This document shows, piece after piece, positions 62,061-64,000 of a stretch of DNA of 64,000 nt. Numbering within the stretch: the stretch's first letter is position 1; every line of letters starts with the position of its first letter. The notes below the pieces were generated by a model. The model searched no databases, was not told the origin of the DNA, and saw only the letters and a list, made by a program, of their open reading frames with translations. Made by a program: the position numbers and the translations under genes. Origin of the DNA: Selaginella moellendorffii (taxonomy: Eukaryota > Plantae > Lycopodiophyta); contig NW_003314286.1 of NCBI RefSeq assembly GCF_000143415.4, positions 62,001 to 126,000 on the forward strand, written 5' to 3'.

Positions 62061-63902
62061 ATGGCGGTGGTGGGAGCGCTACTGCTCGTGGCGGCGGCGG
62101 TGGTCTTGTTCCTGGCGCGGCGCTGGGAGTGCAAGCGGGCGATCGCATTCTTCCATCCCTACACCAACGATGGGGGCGGCGGTGAGCGCGTCCTGTGGTG
62201 CGCCGTCCGGGCCGTCCAGGAGATGTTTTCCGATGTCCCTTGCGCGATCTACACTGGGGATGAGGCTACGCCCTCGTCACTGGCAGCTCGAGCATGGGAG
62301 AAATTCGGTGTCAAGCTCCATTCGCCTCCTCAGGTAAAATTCTCTCTAGTTCTTAGTTGTTGTTAGCTCGGTAAAATTCTTCTAGTTCTTCTTGATGTGG
62401 TCGATCTCATGCCTGGATCTTCTAGTCCATTCGTGAGTCTAGATGAGTGAGCATTCTCTTTGTCACGAACGAAGTTTGCGTGAGAGTCGATAAGCATGCC
62501 TGGAACTTTTAGCTCTGATCGATCGTGATTCTTTCTACAGGTTGTGAAACTGCGAACCAGGAATCTGGTTGATCCATCGAACTATCCACACTTCACACTT
62601 CTCTGCCAGTCTTTGGGCTCCATAGTTCTTGGATTGGAAGCACTCGTGAGGCTCAGGCCAGTCTTGTTCTTCGACACAAGCGGCTATGCCTTCACTTATC
62701 CCCTCGCAAGGCTCTTTGGCTGCAAGGTGGCGTGCTACACTCACTACCCGACCATCAGCTCCGACATGGTGTCGCGAGTTTCCAATCGCTCGTCGCTCTA
62801 CAACAACAGTGGAGTTATCGCGCGCAGGCAAGTATCGTGTTGAACGTTGGCGTGTTTCTTTTCGTAGTGACTTCGTGCGTTTTCCAGCTTTTTGTTATCA
62901 ACTGGGAAGATTGTTTACTACGAATTGATGGCCTTGATGTATGGACTAGCAGGGAGATGTGCTAATCTGGCGATGGTGAACTCGTCCTGGACACTATCCC
63001 ACATAGAGAAGTTGTGGAAGGGAGCACGGATTGTGCGAGTTTATCCTCCGTGCAACACCGAGTCATTGCAGGTATGGAAGAGATCTTCTTACGTTTTCCT
63101 CTACTTGATAGAGGCATCCATCTTTTCTTCAGGAACTTCCGCTGGAGAGGAGCGAGCGTGAGCTTTATTTCATATCGGTCGCCCAGTTCCGTCCAGAGAA
63201 GGTAAATCCTCCCTTCTCTTCTGGTGCATCTCCTGACGCTTTCGTTTTCTGGAAGAACCACGACCTTCAAGTGGAAGCTTTCGCTATGGCCCTCGAGAAA
63301 GTTAGTGCTGAGAAACGTCCCAGGCTCAAGCTTGTGGGAAGCTGCCGAAATGAAGAGGACGCGAAGAGGCTGTCGGATCTAAAGTCTCTGTGCGCCAAGT
63401 TTGGAATCCAAGATCACGTGGACTTCCATGAGAATATATCTTACACGTAAGTCTTTTTTGGAGAAGTTTGCTCGCGACGCTCATCAGTTGTCTCTCCAGC
63501 GCGTTGCGAGACTTGCTTGGAGGGGCCATAGCAGGCATCCACTTCATGATCGACGAGCACTTCGGGATCAGCGTTGTGGAATACATGGCAGCAGGAGCGA
63601 TCCCAATCGGTACGTTGTGCTCGTTCAGTTTCTAGCAAAAGGTCTTGAGTTCTCGGCAATTTGCAGCTCACAACTCCGCCGGTCCAAGGATGGATATTGT
63701 GGTGGACGAAGATGGCGGCCAGAAAACCGGTTTCCTCGCAGCAACAGTCCCGGAGCTCGCGAGCAAAATGGTCGAAGTGCTCTCCATGGTAAGCTCAGAG
63801 CGCCTGGAAATCGCCAAGGCTGCTCGGAGGCGATGCCACAGATTTTCCGAGAGGCAATTCAACGACAGCTTCAAGCAAGCCATGACGATGTTCCATCTCT
63901 AG
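62061..63902 (+). CDS. ALG11: GDP-Man:Man3GlcNAc2-PP-Dol alpha-1,2-mannosyltransferase
   Basis: [67 protein letters not shown]. Confidence 0.96.
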
Positions 63903-64000
63903 AGAAGCGCAGCTTGGCAGAGGAGAGGATTGGAAAAACATTGCATTACCAAAACTTACGAACGAGAAAAAGGAAAACTTAACAAGAGGTACCTCTTGTG

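Overview
Eukaryotic, gene-dense plant genomic DNA. Very short (~55-100 nt) spliceosomal introns, tiny intergenic gaps, a PPR gene built from short motifs and a 100-N scaffold gap suggest a compact non-seed plant such as the lycophyte Selaginella; this is inferred, not verified. The first 9.2 kb is an AT-rich decayed MULE/SWIM-like relic, split by a solo LTR that itself holds a chromoviral Ty3/Gypsy element. About 17 genes follow: DRP3, a YggC-like P-loop kinase, PCO, a BSD-containing Rab3GAP1-like gene, NIP, root-cap/LEA protein, NDPK3-like, HAK/KUP, ABCC, PLS-PPR, IPK2, FPP, RAD51D, NDC1, two tandem secreted Gly-rich orphans and ALG11. The most notable items are: (i) a ~3 kb cassette present twice that pairs a degraded Crinkler-like P-loop NTPase gene with a captured dynamin exon; (ii) the unrecognised secreted Gly-rich/helical gene pair; (iii) a 60-nt U12 AT-AC intron in IPK2; (iv) a nested LTR with an extra host-LTR copy replacing the PBS and 5' gag; (v) a BSD domain inside Rab3GAP1; (vi) a NIP with NPA/NPI and an A-N-A-R filter. 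All family calls come from motif recognition by eye. Exon boundaries were read manually.
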